A DNA stretch of 64,000 nucleotides from Candidatus Margulisiibacteriota bacterium (GTDB lineage Bacteria; Margulisbacteria; Marinamargulisbacteria; SXXA01; SICP01), in contig SICP01000001.1 of assembly GCA_009691415.1 (NCBI GenBank), positions 40,446-104,445 of the forward strand, given 5' to 3'. The notes under the pieces are model-generated. The model searched no databases and was not told where the DNA came from. It saw nothing but the letters and a program-made list of their open reading frames with translations. Within the stretch, counting starts at the first letter, position 1. Every line of letters begins with the position of its first letter. Both the position numbers and the translations under genes were made by a program. Below are positions 45,136 through 55,083 of this stretch, piece after piece.

Positions 45136-45273
45136 CACTATGCCTATCTAATCCGTGCAATCAACTTCCCCGATCAAACATACACTGGCTATACTGCCGA
45201 TATTACTCAACGTCTTGACGATCATCGTTCCGGAAAATCCGTACATACTCAAAAATATAGACCTTGGGAAATG
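45136..45273 (+). pseudogene. GIY-YIG nuclease-domain fragment
   Basis: HYAYLIRAINFPDQTYTGYTADITQRLDDHRSGKSVHTQKYRPWEM matches the small GIY-YIG pattern (.YILR......Y.G.T.DL..RL..H..G....T....PW). The C-terminal third is replaced by unrelated sequence. Confidence 0.5.
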
Positions 45274-45505
45274 AGATGTATCTTTTATCACCGCATTTAT
45301 CAGGGTATCTCCGAGATATGCTTCTAACGCCGTAATCTGCTGCACGAATACCATTTTATGAAAGATATCTATACTTGTCCCATGATAATTCTTATGACCT
45401 GCTAATAAATCCCCTGCATAGTAGTAAGGTTTCATGCTGAATCAATGTGTCCTCCAAAATTAAATATGTTCATAAAATCGTAATTTATGGACACGTTTTG
45501 TTGAC

Positions 45506-45533
45506 ATGTCCACGCGATACACATATTCTATTG
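45506..45533 (+). repeat. 28-bp repeat in the fic upstream region (copy 1), containing the inverted repeat ATGTCCA...TGGACAT
   Basis: atgtccacgcgatacacatattctattg differs at 1 of 28 positions from 47521-47548. The flanking roughly 60 bp are also recognisably related. Confidence 0.7.
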
Positions 45534-45536
45534 GAC

Positions 45537-46616
45537 ATGCAGATTAATCCAGAAACACCTTATAACGATCTTCCGCTACTTCCATTTCAGCAGTCTCTTG
45601 AAACAATACCGGTGATGCAGGCCGCTATTCTAGCAAATAAAGCTTTGGCCGAGCTAAAAGGGATTGCCCAGACCATTCCTAACCAAAGTATCTTTATTAA
45701 TACTCTTAGCTTGAAAGAAGCACAGTATAGTTCCGAAATTGAAAATATCATCACTACAACAGACGAGCTATATCAGGCATTTTCTGTTTCAGATGGAATA
45801 ATGACCCAATCAGCTAAAGAAGTTTTGCAGTATCGCAATGCGTTATGGCAAGGATTTTCTCAGCTCAAAAAACGTGGGATCTTAACCACATCTGTAATGA
45901 ATGAAATTCAGGCAACGCTTTTAGACAATAATGCAGGAATTCGGTCTTTGCCCGGAACAGCACTAAAAAATGCTATTACAGGAAAAATTATTTATACGCC
46001 TCCTGTAGGCAAAGATGTGATCTTAGACAAACTGAAAAATTTGGAAACCTATATCCATTCTGACTCTATTGATCCGCTAATCAAAATGGCCATCATGCAT
46101 TATCAATTTGAATCCATTCACCCTTACTATGACGGAAATGGTCGTACAGGCCGGATTTTAAATGTTCTTTATCTGATTTATGAAGACTTGTTGGATCAGC
46201 CTATTTTGTATCTGAGTCATTATATTATCCAGCATAAGGAAGATTACTATCGCCTGCTGCAAAATTGCACTTTTAAACAAGCGTATGAGCCTTGGATTTT
46301 GTATATGCTCAGATGTATTGAAGAGTCTGCAAAAGAAACGATTTCAAAAATAAAAGCCATTCAAACTCTTATGCAAGAAGCAGCTGCGGTTGTTAAAGAA
46401 AAGCTTCCTAAAATTTATTCGAAAGAGCTTATTGAGGTTATTTTTCAGCAGCCTTATTGCAAGATCAAATTTCTTGAGGATCATGGTTTGGCAAAAAGGA
46501 AAACAGCTTCGGAATATCTTTATCAACTTGAGGATATTGGGATTTTAGAGTCTAAAAAAGTGGGACGGGAGACGTTGTTTTTGAATGTGAAGCTATTTGA
46601 ATTGTTTAGGGGGTAA
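45537..46616 (+). CDS. Fic-family protein (class II, N-terminal inhibitory motif, C-terminal winged-helix)
   Basis: The Fic motif is HPYYDGNGRTGR. The inhibitory-helix-like motif SSEIEN ([ST]xxxE[GN]) lies upstream of it. ATG at 45537. Confidence 0.85.
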   Translation: MQINPETPYNDLPLLPFQQSLETIPVMQAAILANKALAELKGIAQTIPNQSIFINTLSLKEAQYSSEIENIITTTDELYQAFSVSDGIMTQSAKEVLQYRNALWQGFSQLKKRGILTTSVMNEIQATLLDNNAGIRSLPGTALKNAITGKIIYTPPVGKDVILDKLKNLETYIHSDSIDPLIKMAIMHYQFESIHPYYDGNGRTGRILNVLYLIYEDLLDQPILYLSHYIIQHKEDYYRLLQNCTFKQAYEPWILYMLRCIEESAKETISKIKAIQTLMQEAAAVVKEKLPKIYSKELIEVIFQQPYCKIKFLEDHGLAKRKTASEYLYQLEDIGILESKKVGRETLFLNVKLFELFRG

Positions 46617-46626
46617 GAAAACTTAG

Positions 46627-47317
46627 ATGAAATTTGAATTAGAAAAATTTCATAGAAATGTCTCTGAAGAAGACCTTCTAGCCGATTTAAAATTGGTACA
46701 TCAGAAATTATCAGAAAATAGCCAACCACTAACTTCTAGGCAATATGATAAAAATGGAAACTACACTTCCGGTACAATTTCTAAGAGATTTGGATCTTGG
46801 AATCAGGCTCTAAAGAAAGCTCAATTAGAACAATCGAAGAAAAAAACGTCGCCCAAAATGATCTCTTTCAAAACCTAGAAAAAGTGTGGCTAGCTTTAGG
46901 ACTGCAACCAGTCAACAGAAATTTAACGAAACCTCTCTCAAAATACACAAGCTATATTTATACAAATCGTTTTGGCAGCTATAGTATAGGAAAGCCTTGA
47001 AAGGGTTTGTCAATTATATCGAAGAAGATGAAGAAATTGCTGTACCAGAGCTATCAAAAGCTACCTTAGCAAATGCATTAGAAAAGCCGATAAGAAGAAC
47101 AAACCGACACATTGATGAACGCCGACGATTTAGGATTTTGATGAGAGATGGATTTTCATGTCAATCCTGTAGAAAATCCCCCGTGAAAGAACGAGGTGTA
47201 GAACTACATGTTGATCATATAACTCCGTGGTCAAAGGGAGGCGAGACAGTGGATGAAAATTTACAAACAAAATGTAAACAATGTAACTTGGGAAAAGGAA
47301 CCGCTTTTGATAGATAA
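46627..47317 (+). pseudogene. HNH endonuclease with two N-terminal homing-endonuclease-associated repeats, broken by two frameshifts
   Basis: Three consecutive ORFs lie in three frames. The first has ...ISKRFGSWNQALKKA, the second has ...YTNRFGSYS, and the third has the HNH core (CQSC...HVDHITPWSKGG...NLQTKCKQCN). The shifts are at the A-run near 46846-46852 and near 46980-46988. Confidence 0.65.
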
Positions 47318-47326
47318 ATCAGCGCC

Positions 47327-47350
47327 AATTCCCCCGAATTCGGGGGAATT
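47327..47350 (+). terminator. Perfect 24-nt palindrome aattcccccgaattcgggggaatt downstream of the HNH gene
   Basis: A 9-bp GC-rich stem with a 6-nt loop lies 10 nt after the stop. There is no clear U-tract, so terminator function is tentative. Confidence 0.35.
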
Positions 47351-47520
47351 GAAATCCAGATTGTTTATTCTATTCTAAGCTGCTTTTGCCAACCGCCACT
47401 CTCTAAAAAACGCCCAAAAAATTCTAATTTGAACCTGAGTAGGAGCGGGATAGTAATCAATTGGCCCCACCAACCTGAATATGTCCAAAAAAATAAATAT
47501 TATGGCCTCGTCTAATTTAG

Positions 47521-47548
47521 ATGTCCACGCTATACACATATTCTATTG
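47521..47548 (+). repeat. 28-bp repeat (copy 2 of the fic upstream sequence)
   Basis: atgtccacgctatacacatattctattg. It abuts the 3' end of the truncated ORF6N fragment. Confidence 0.7.
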
Positions 47549-47555
47549 TGCTTGG

Positions 47556-47684
47556 CTATTTGACTGGCCTCTTTAAATATTTGATTTCTACCCCATAGAG
47601 TTCAGCCAAATCTCGATCCAGCATCACCTTAATACCACGAATTGCATGTATTTTTGTTCTGATATCTTGAATGATAGGCTCCAT
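47556..47684 (-). pseudogene. 42-codon N-terminal fragment of an ORF6N/KilA-N-like DNA-binding protein
   Basis: MEPIIQDIRTKIHAIRGIKVMLDRDLAELYGVEIKYLKRPVK* parallels the N-terminus of the adjacent full-length gene (ILTIRGIRIMLDRDLAELYKVTTGNLNKAVKRN). Confidence 0.55.
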
Positions 47685-47687
47685 TTT

Positions 47688-48272
47688 TCAACTATCCTCT
47701 TGAGGTCTTCTAATAATGATATGCGCATTATGAAACTGGTCGAGTATGTCAGAAAATCCTTCTAGCCTTTGATTTAAACTTTTCACTTCTCTACTGAGCT
47801 GCAAGAGCTTGTCAGATTGCAAATAATTTTCAGCAAGATTCGTCATATTATTGGCTTTCATTTCGGCTTCAATTCGTTTTACTTTTTCTACAATAAGTTC
47901 GTATTCTGGATAGACTAAGGCCGTTTGTCTCATTTCTATGAATGCTCGGATGATCAGAATATTGATTTCTATAGCAACTTTGCCATTGAGTATAGAAGAA
48001 AGCATAACGACGCCATGCTCGGTAAAGGCATAAGGACAGTATTTTGAATGCTGCCCTTGCTTTAAGATTCCAAATTGGAATCTTAAAGAATCGTATTCTT
48101 CTACATTGAGCTGAAACATAAAATCCTCGGGAAAACGGTCTAAATTCCGCTTCACTGCCTTATTGAGATTTCCAGTTGTGACTTTGTACAGCTCTGCTAA
48201 ATCTCGATCCAGCATTATGCGTATTCCACGAATAGTAAGTATTTTGTTTTGTACAAGTTGAATTTTTGTCAT
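47688..48272 (-). CDS. ORF6N-domain (KilA-N-like) protein
   Basis: IRGIRIMLDRDLAELYKVTTGNLNKAVKRNLDRFPEDFMFQL is the typical ORF6N signature. The C-terminus is coiled-coil. Confidence 0.7.
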   Translation of the reverse strand: MTKIQLVQNKILTIRGIRIMLDRDLAELYKVTTGNLNKAVKRNLDRFPEDFMFQLNVEEYDSLRFQFGILKQGQHSKYCPYAFTEHGVVMLSSILNGKVAIEINILIIRAFIEMRQTALVYPEYELIVEKVKRIEAEMKANNMTNLAENYLQSDKLLQLSREVKSLNQRLEGFSDILDQFHNAHIIIRRPQEDS

Positions 48273-48465
48273 TATTTTCCCGCCTAATTATTTATCAGAA
48301 AGATACACAGAATGTAACACAGCCTTAAAATTAATGTCCATAATTATACTAATAAATAATTTTATTACGTCTTATTTAAAGACCGGCTCTTAAGGCGTTT
48401 CTTCTCGCCCTTATCGTGGTATGCTAGGAGCCTAAATACTCACCCTTAAGAAAGGAGCTGATTCC

Positions 48466-51162
48466 GTGTCAAAAAAACTTAATGTCAACATTCGCAATAT
48501 GTTGAAAAAACATGCAGCTCCTCGGGATTTTAAAACGCGGTTTGATACGTTACCGGTGCAGCTTTCGGAAATTTTTTCAGAGTTTCGTAGTAGTGATCAA
48601 GGGCTGAAAGCAGAAGACGCCGAAGACTTACTGAAATCTTATGGCCGCAATGAAGTGGTGCATATTCGGAATTTGTCTTGGATTTATTTACTGCTTGGGA
48701 ATTTTAAAAATCCGTTTATTTTGCTTTTAATTGTCATTGGATTTGTCTCTTATTTTTCTGGGGATATTAAAGCGACTACTACTGTCTCTATTATGGTTGT
48801 GGTGAGTGTTGTGATGCGGTTTATTCAGGAATTTAGATCTTCGAAATCAGCAGAAGCGCTTAAATCGATGGTGCGGGTTACGGCGACTGTGGTTAGGCAA
48901 TGCGAACTTGAGGATGAGGATGGCACGGCCTATTTTCAAGGCGTGACTTTGGAAATTCCGTTTGAGGAAATTGTGCCTGGCGATATTGTTCGACTTTCTG
49001 TGGGAGATATGATTCCGGCAGATTTAGTACTGTTACAATCGAAAGACTTTTTTGTGAGCCAATCTGTTTTGACGGGAGAATCGTTGCCCGTTGAGAAAAC
49101 CCATTTTGTTGCAATTGAACCAGATCCTAGTAAACGCAAAAAAAAGAATCGCCTAGCGTTGTTTGAAACTCCATATTTTTGTTTTATGGGTACAAACGTA
49201 GTGAGCGGAACAGCTATTGGGCTTGTTATTGAAACCGGAAGTAGAACGTGTCTAGGAAAAATGACATCGAGCATCTTGGATCATCGTCAGGAGCCTACTA
49301 GTTTTGATAAAGGCCTTCATACAGTAAGTTGGATTTTAATCCGATTGATGATGGTCATGGTTCCCGTTATTTTTATGATTAACGGGTTAATTAAGGGCAA
49401 TTGGCAGGAAGCATTTTTATTTGGCATTGCGGTCGCTGTTGGCTTAACACCTGAAATGTTGCCGATGATTGTGACGGCCAATTTAGCCAAGGGGGCGGTT
49501 GCGATGTCGCGCATCAAAGTGATTGTGAAGCGGCTGAATGCAATTCAAAATTTGGGGGCGATGGATGTGTTGTGCACTGACAAAACAGGAACGCTGACAC
49601 AAGACAAAATTATCTTAAAAGAACATTTGGATTTTGAAGGCGAGATCAGTGAGAAAACGCTCATGTTTGCTTATTTAAATAGCTATTATCAAACAGGATT
49701 AAAAAATTTATTAGATCGTGCGATTTTGGAGCACATTGAATTAGAGGCGTCTTTAAGACTTCCCAAAAAATATGCCAAGGTAGATGAAATCCCGTTTGAT
49801 TTTGTACGTCGTCGCATGTCCGTCGTCGTGCGCACAAAAAAAGATCATCAGCTTCTTATCTGTAAAGGTGCGCTTGAGGAAATGATTTCTATTTGCGAAA
49901 CCGTGAGCCGTGGCGAGGAGATTTTGCCGATTACCCCCCGACTCCGTCAACAGATTTTAGAAAAAGGACAAGAACTTAATCGTAATGGATTACGTGTTGT
50001 TGCCGTTGCCTACAGAGATATCCAAGGCGATCGCGAAGTATATAGCACTGAAGATGAAGTCCAATTAAATTTAGTAGGATTTATTGCATTTTTGGATCCG
50101 CCAAAAGAGACTGCGTCAAGTGCCATTGCTGCGCTCATGAGCCATGGTATAAAAGTCAAAATACTTACGGGTGATAATGATATTGTGACACGCCGTGTAT
50201 GTAAGGAAGTGGGTTTACATGTAGAAAATATTGCATTAGGACAAGAAATTGATGATTTGACCGACGATGAACTCTATGAATTATCTGAACGCACCACTGT
50301 TTTTGCCAAACTTTCTCCAATGCAAAAAGCGCGCATCATCAAAGCCTTACAACACAAAGGACACACTGTTGGATTTTTAGGAGATGGCATTAACGATGCT
50401 CCCGCACTTAAAGATGCAGACGTGGGTATTTCGGTGGATACAGCCTCTGACATTGCAAAAGAATCAGCGGATATTATTCTCTTGGAAAAAAGTTTATTGG
50501 TTTTGGAAGATGGGATTATTATCGGGCGCCAGGTTTACGGCAATATTATGAAGTATATTAAAATGACGTCGAGCGCCAATCTTGGCAACGTTTTAAGTAT
50601 TGTGGTTGCCAGTGTTTTTCTGCCGTTTTTACCGATGTTACCAATTCATATTTTAGTTCAAAATTTGCTGTATGATTTTTCTCAACTTTCCATTCCTTGG
50701 GATAAGATGGACGAAGAATTTTTATGTATTCCGCGTCAATGGGATACGCGTGGACTCACCCGATTTATGATGGTAGTGGGACCGATTAGCTCGCTATTTG
50801 ATCTCGTGACTTTTGGTGTAATGTGGTATTTCTTTAAGGCTAATTCTGTTGGGCATCAGACGCTTTTTCAAACAGGATGGTTTGTGGAGGGACTGTTATC
50901 TCAAACGCTGATTATCCATATGATTCGTACCGAAAAGATTCCGTTTATTGAAAGCATTGCGTCTCCAATGGTACTCCAGCTTACAGCGTTAATCATGGCC
51001 ATTGGCATCTACTTACCCTTCTCCCCTTTTCAACATTACTTACATTTAGAGTCTCTTCCTATCGCGTATTTTGGATGGCTCTTTATTATTTTGATTTCTT
51101 ATTGTTTACTCACGCAAGGTCTTAAAAAATTATATATTCAGAAATTCAAAGAGTGGTTATGA
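48466..51162 (+). CDS. mgtA: Mg2+-importing P-type ATPase
   Basis: 898 aa with DKTGTLT phosphorylation site, TGES, TGDN and [11 protein letters not shown] motifs. The N-terminus and TM topology are MgtA-like. GTG start. Confidence 0.9.
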   Translation: MSKKLNVNIRNMLKKHAAPRDFKTRFDTLPVQLSEIFSEFRSSDQGLKAEDAEDLLKSYGRNEVVHIRNLSWIYLLLGNFKNPFILLLIVIGFVSYFSGDIKATTTVSIMVVVSVVMRFIQEFRSSKSAEALKSMVRVTATVVRQCELEDEDGTAYFQGVTLEIPFEEIVPGDIVRLSVGDMIPADLVLLQSKDFFVSQSVLTGESLPVEKTHFVAIEPDPSKRKKKNRLALFETPYFCFMGTNVVSGTAIGLVIETGSRTCLGKMTSSILDHRQEPTSFDKGLHTVSWILIRLMMVMVPVIFMINGLIKGNWQEAFLFGIAVAVGLTPEMLPMIVTANLAKGAVAMSRIKVIVKRLNAIQNLGAMDVLCTDKTGTLTQDKIILKEHLDFEGEISEKTLMFAYLNSYYQTGLKNLLDRAILEHIELEASLRLPKKYAKVDEIPFDFVRRRMSVVVRTKKDHQLLICKGALEEMISICETVSRGEEILPITPRLRQQILEKGQELNRNGLRVVAVAYRDIQGDREVYSTEDEVQLNLVGFIAFLDPPKETASSAIAALMSHGIKVKILTGDNDIVTRRVCKEVGLHVENIALGQEIDDLTDDELYELSERTTVFAKLSPMQKARIIKALQHKGHTVGFLGDGINDAPALKDADVGISVDTASDIAKESADIILLEKSLLVLEDGIIIGRQVYGNIMKYIKMTSSANLGNVLSIVVASVFLPFLPMLPIHILVQNLLYDFSQLSIPWDKMDEEFLCIPRQWDTRGLTRFMMVVGPISSLFDLVTFGVMWYFFKANSVGHQTLFQTGWFVEGLLSQTLIIHMIRTEKIPFIESIASPMVLQLTALIMAIGIYLPFSPFQHYLHLESLPIAYFGWLFIILISYCLLTQGLKKLYIQKFKEWL

Positions 51163-51653
51163 AGAAATGGGCGAGTTGTTTTTTGTTATTTATTTTAGTG
51201 GTCAGTTTGAAGGGCAAGCCAATGGATAAAGAACAGCTCAAAAAAAAATTAACAGAGATGCAATATCAAGTGACGCAAGAATCCGCAACCGAACCGCCTT
51301 TTCGGAATGCCTTTTGGGATAACAAAAAAGACGGGATTTATGTGGACATTGTCTCTGGAGAACCTCTTTTTAGTTCGCTTGATAAGTTTGATTCAGGATG
51401 TGGCTGGCCTAGCTTTTCGAAACCCATTGACACTAAAAAGATTAAAGAAAAAACCGATTTCAAAATGGCTGTTGCCCGAACAGAAGTACGCAGCACCAAA
51501 GCCGACTCTCATTTAGGCCACGTCTTTGATGATGGTCCAAAAGAGAAAGGGGGCTTACGGTATTGCATCAACTCAGCGGCCCTTCGCTTTATAGCTATAA
51601 AGGATTTAGAGAAAGAAGGCTACGGGAAATACAAGAAACTTTTTGTGAAATAA
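51159..51653 (+). CDS. msrB: Peptide-methionine (R)-S-oxide reductase with signal peptide
   Basis: GCGWPSF...[10 protein letters not shown]...RYCINS motifs, with the N-terminal signal sequence [17 protein letters not shown]. Confidence 0.85.
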   Translation: MKKWASCFLLFILVVSLKGKPMDKEQLKKKLTEMQYQVTQESATEPPFRNAFWDNKKDGIYVDIVSGEPLFSSLDKFDSGCGWPSFSKPIDTKKIKEKTDFKMAVARTEVRSTKADSHLGHVFDDGPKEKGGLRYCINSAALRFIAIKDLEKEGYGKYKKLFVK

Positions 51654-51674
51654 TATGTCGAGTTTATTATTTCT

Positions 51675-51738
51675 AATACTCACTTACCCCCCTACGGGCA
51701 CCCCTCCCTAGAGGGGAGTCGTAGGACAGTAAGTAGTA
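51675..51738. repeat. Short member of the AATACTCAC...GTAAGTAGTA palindromic element family
   Basis: aatactcacttacccccctacgggcacccctccctagaggggagtcgtaggacagtaagtagta carries the nested stems cctacg/cgtagg and cccctc/gagggg. It lies between the convergent msrB and sucD genes. Confidence 0.4.
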
Positions 51739-51744
51739 AAGATA

Positions 51745-52620
51745 CTATTTTAAATTTGCTTTTACTGTGGCGCCGATATCAGCGGGCGAATCTACGACGT
51801 GTATGCCGCATGCTGCCATGATTTTTTTCTTGGCGGCTGCAGATTCATCAGCACCGGAGACAATAGCGCCAGCGTGACCCATACGACGTCCTGGAGGAGC
51901 TGTTTCCCCGGCGATGAAACCGATGACGGGTTTTTTGATGTGGGCTTTGACATGGTGTGCTGCTTCGATTTCCATCGACCCACCAATCTCACCTATCATG
52001 ATGATAGCATCAGTTTCTGGATCAGCTTCGAAAAGATCAAGAAGATCGATCATCTTAGTACCAATGATGGGATCGCCACCAATACCCACACAGGTAGATT
52101 GTCCAAGACCTTGTTTTACCAATTGATGTACGGCTTCGTAGGTGAGTGTTCCTGATTTAGAGATAACACCTACTCTTCCCTTTTTAGCAATGAAACCTGG
52201 CATGATGCCTACTTTTGCTTCACCTGGTGTTAGCAGTCCTGGACAATTTGGTCCAATAAGACGTGACTTGGTATTTTTTACAAATGCATAGGCTTTGACC
52301 ATGTCATTAACCGGAATGCCTTCTGTGATGCAAACGATGAGTTCGATACCGGCTTCGGCTGCTTCCATGATAGCGTCTGCTGCAAATGCAGGGGGAACGA
52401 AAATCAAGGAAACGTTAGCACCGACCGCTTTGCGTGCTTCATGGCACGTGTTGAAAACGGGAACAGCACCATCTAGAGCAGTTTGGCCACCCTTTCCTGG
52501 GGTTACGCCGCCTACAACATTGTTACCGTACTCGAGACATTGGCCGGCATGAAAAGAACCTTCGTTTCCGGTGATACCCTGAACAATAATTTTAGAATCT
52601 TTATTAATTAGAATTGACAT
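51745..52620 (-). CDS. sucD: Succinate--CoA ligase subunit alpha
   Basis: VQGITG..G..H, GPNCPG and the phosphohistidine loop MGHAGAI. Confidence 0.95.
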   Translation of the reverse strand: MSILINKDSKIIVQGITGNEGSFHAGQCLEYGNNVVGGVTPGKGGQTALDGAVPVFNTCHEARKAVGANVSLIFVPPAFAADAIMEAAEAGIELIVCITEGIPVNDMVKAYAFVKNTKSRLIGPNCPGLLTPGEAKVGIMPGFIAKKGRVGVISKSGTLTYEAVHQLVKQGLGQSTCVGIGGDPIIGTKMIDLLDLFEADPETDAIIMIGEIGGSMEIEAAHHVKAHIKKPVIGFIAGETAPPGRRMGHAGAIVSGADESAAAKKKIMAACGIHVVDSPADIGATVKANLK

Positions 52621-53802
52621 TTACTTGCCCTCTTTAGCTGCAGCTACGACTTTTTCGGCAGCGTCTGCAATAGAGTCTGCCCCGATGATAGCCACGCCAG
52701 ATTCGTTGAGTAATTTTTTGGCGATGTCTGCGTTTGTACCTTCTAGCCGTACAACAACGGGAACATTGAGCTCCAATTCTTTTACGGCTTGGATGATGCC
52801 ATTTGCAACACGGTCACATCGAACGATGCCGCCAAAAATATTAATTAACACGGCTTTTACATTGTGGTCTGACAAGATGATGCGAAATCCGTTTTTGACC
52901 GTTTCAACATTGGCACCGCCGCCGACGTCTAAAAAGTTTGCAGGCTCTCCACCTTTTAATTGAATGATATCCATTGTTGCCATTGCTAGCCCCGCCCCAT
53001 TAACCATACAGCCGACGTTACCGTCTAGTTTGATATAGTTGAGGTTAAATTTACTGGCTTCTACTTCGGTGGGATCTTCTTCATGAACGTCACGCATTTC
53101 TACGACGTCGGGATGACGGTAGAGGGCGTTAGAGTCAAAGTTGAATTTTCCGTCTAAAGCGAGGACGTTACCTTGCGCTGTAAGTACCAATGGATTTACC
53201 TCTACAATAGAAGCATCCATTTCTTCGTAGCATTTATAAAGATTCATAAGCAATTTAATGGCTTGTTTGAGGGCGTCGCCTTCGAAGCCTAATGAATAGG
53301 CCAAGTGGCGGGCCTGGAAGCCCTGTAATCCGAATCCTGGCTCAATCCAAGTCCGGATAATTTTTTCTGGACTGTGGGCTGCGACTTCTTCGATTTCCAT
53401 GCCGCCTTCGGTTGAAACCATGACGACGTTTTTACTGACGGCGCGGTCTAGGGTGATGGCCACGTAGAATTCTTTGGCGATATCTATCGCTTCTGCAACC
53501 ATGATTTTTCGAACTTTTTGGCCTTCAGCACTGGTTTGTGGTGTAACCAGGGTCATCCCTAAGATGGCTTTTGCATTTTCAATAGCCTTTTCTTTTGAGG
53601 GTGAGAATTTGACGCCGCCACCTTTACCGCGTCCACCTGCGTGAACTTGAGCTTTGATGACGTACTGTGTAGCCGAAAATTCACGAGAAACCTCTTCAAT
53701 TGCTGATGCGATATCATCGATACTATCGATCACAACACCATCTTGGATTGGAATCCCGTATTTTTTTAGAATTTGTTTCGCTTGATATTCATGTATTTTC
53801 AT
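52621..53802 (-). CDS. sucC: Succinate--CoA ligase subunit beta
   Basis: MKIHEYQAKQILKKYGIP..., an ATP-grasp domain and the C-terminal GGIVRCD motif. Confidence 0.95.
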   Translation of the reverse strand: MKIHEYQAKQILKKYGIPIQDGVVIDSIDDIASAIEEVSREFSATQYVIKAQVHAGGRGKGGGVKFSPSKEKAIENAKAILGMTLVTPQTSAEGQKVRKIMVAEAIDIAKEFYVAITLDRAVSKNVVMVSTEGGMEIEEVAAHSPEKIIRTWIEPGFGLQGFQARHLAYSLGFEGDALKQAIKLLMNLYKCYEEMDASIVEVNPLVLTAQGNVLALDGKFNFDSNALYRHPDVVEMRDVHEEDPTEVEASKFNLNYIKLDGNVGCMVNGAGLAMATMDIIQLKGGEPANFLDVGGGANVETVKNGFRIILSDHNVKAVLINIFGGIVRCDRVANGIIQAVKELELNVPVVVRLEGTNADIAKKLLNESGVAIIGADSIADAAEKVVAAAKEGK

Positions 53803-53923
53803 AGGTGGAAAGTATAAGTGCGCAGGTTTTTATTGTAAATGAAATTTATATGAAATTTATGAGATTTCATATCGATAACTATAGTAGTATGATTATCAAA
53901 AAATTTTGGGGGGCCCATAAATC

Positions 53924-54193
53924 ATGAAAAACACAGACATCACAGGCGATATTTCTCTTCACGCAGAACAGTTTCTAAGTAAGCTTAATTCGCTTGGATT
54001 AATCATCAATAGCAAGTCGGGTGGCGGGCAATATAGTGGGCTTGAGCAAAAAACCATTTCAAAAACAGCTTTTGGCTATCACCTTCCTTTGTCAGGGAAT
54101 GAGAGTATTTCTTTTGTTGAAGGACAACTGTTTATGCAGACCGTTCGTTTAACAGAATCGAATACCCAGGTTCACTTGTTCCAGAATTCTTAA
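53924..54193 (+). CDS. Hypothetical 89-aa protein
   Basis: Only an ORF in an otherwise empty 430-bp gap. I recognise no motif. Confidence 0.25.
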   Translation: MKNTDITGDISLHAEQFLSKLNSLGLIINSKSGGGQYSGLEQKTISKTAFGYHLPLSGNESISFVEGQLFMQTVRLTESNTQVHLFQNS

Positions 54194-54230
54194 TTCCCTC
54201 ATTTCATAATTATTACTATACTAGTCACAA

Positions 54231-55082
54231 ATGACTGTGACTGGAAAAACAAAGATAGTGGGAATTTTGGGTGATCCGATTTCCCATACGGCATCTCCGA
54301 GAATGCATGCGGCGGCCTATGATGCCTTGGGCTTAGATTTCATCTATGTTCCGTTTCATGTCAAATCAGAAGGACTTGGAAAAGCGTTGGATGGTATTCG
54401 AAATCTTAATATCGTGGGCGTCAATGTCACAATTCCGCATAAAGAGTCGGTAATTCCTTTTTTAGATAAATTGGATCCTACAGCGCAGAAAGTGGGGGCC
54501 GTGAATACGATTGTTAATGAGAATGGGATATTGACGGGATATAACACAGACGGCGACGGATTTTGTTATGCACTTTTACATGAAGCTAATTTTGCGTTAG
54601 AAGGCAAATCTGTTGTGGTGATGGGTGCGGGCGGATCGGCTAAAGCGATTGCGAATGCGCTGTTGAATCAGAAAATTAAATCGCTTTTTATTTTGAATAG
54701 AAATACAGATCGTGCGCGCCAGTTGGCGACGTTACTCAGTTTTTCGTCTTGCCCTATCACCGTTTTGGATTGGGAAGATTCCGAAATTTCTGATGTCTTG
54801 GCCTCATGTGATTTGGTGATCAACACAACACCAGTAGGAATGGCGCCCGATGTGGATGCACTACCGATTCGGGATGTGTCTTGGATGCATTCGGGGCAAT
54901 TGATTTGCGATATTATTTACACACCTTCTGTGACAACATTTTTAAAACATGCCAAAACGAAAGGGGCTATGACACTCAATGGCGCGGGTATGTTGGCAGG
55001 ACAAGGTGTCTTGGCATTTGAAAAGTTTACGGGGCAGACGGTGCCTTATGCTGTCATGCGGCGTGAGATTTTGGGCGCTTAA
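54231..55082 (+). CDS. aroE: Shikimate dehydrogenase
   Basis: GDPISHTASPRMH...NVTIPHK...GYNTDG...GAGGSAKA motifs. Confidence 0.9.
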   Translation: MTVTGKTKIVGILGDPISHTASPRMHAAAYDALGLDFIYVPFHVKSEGLGKALDGIRNLNIVGVNVTIPHKESVIPFLDKLDPTAQKVGAVNTIVNENGILTGYNTDGDGFCYALLHEANFALEGKSVVVMGAGGSAKAIANALLNQKIKSLFILNRNTDRARQLATLLSFSSCPITVLDWEDSEISDVLASCDLVINTTPVGMAPDVDALPIRDVSWMHSGQLICDIIYTPSVTTFLKHAKTKGAMTLNGAGMLAGQGVLAFEKFTGQTVPYAVMRREILGA

Positions 55083-55083
55083 G

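Noticed and set aside
48273-48465. A possible Mg2+-sensing leader (M-box riboswitch or MgtL-type leader peptide) upstream of mgtA.
   Set aside because: I cannot recognise conserved M-box sequence blocks or a proline-rich leader ORF. The region is AT-rich, with only a fragment of the palindromic-element terminus. Excluding a riboswitch would need a covariance-model scan.
53838-53872. Direct and inverted repeats of atgaaattta/gagatttcat in the sucC upstream region as a possible operator.
   Set aside because: The region is very AT-rich and low-complexity, where such short repeats are expected by chance. I saw no second occurrence elsewhere that would support a motif.
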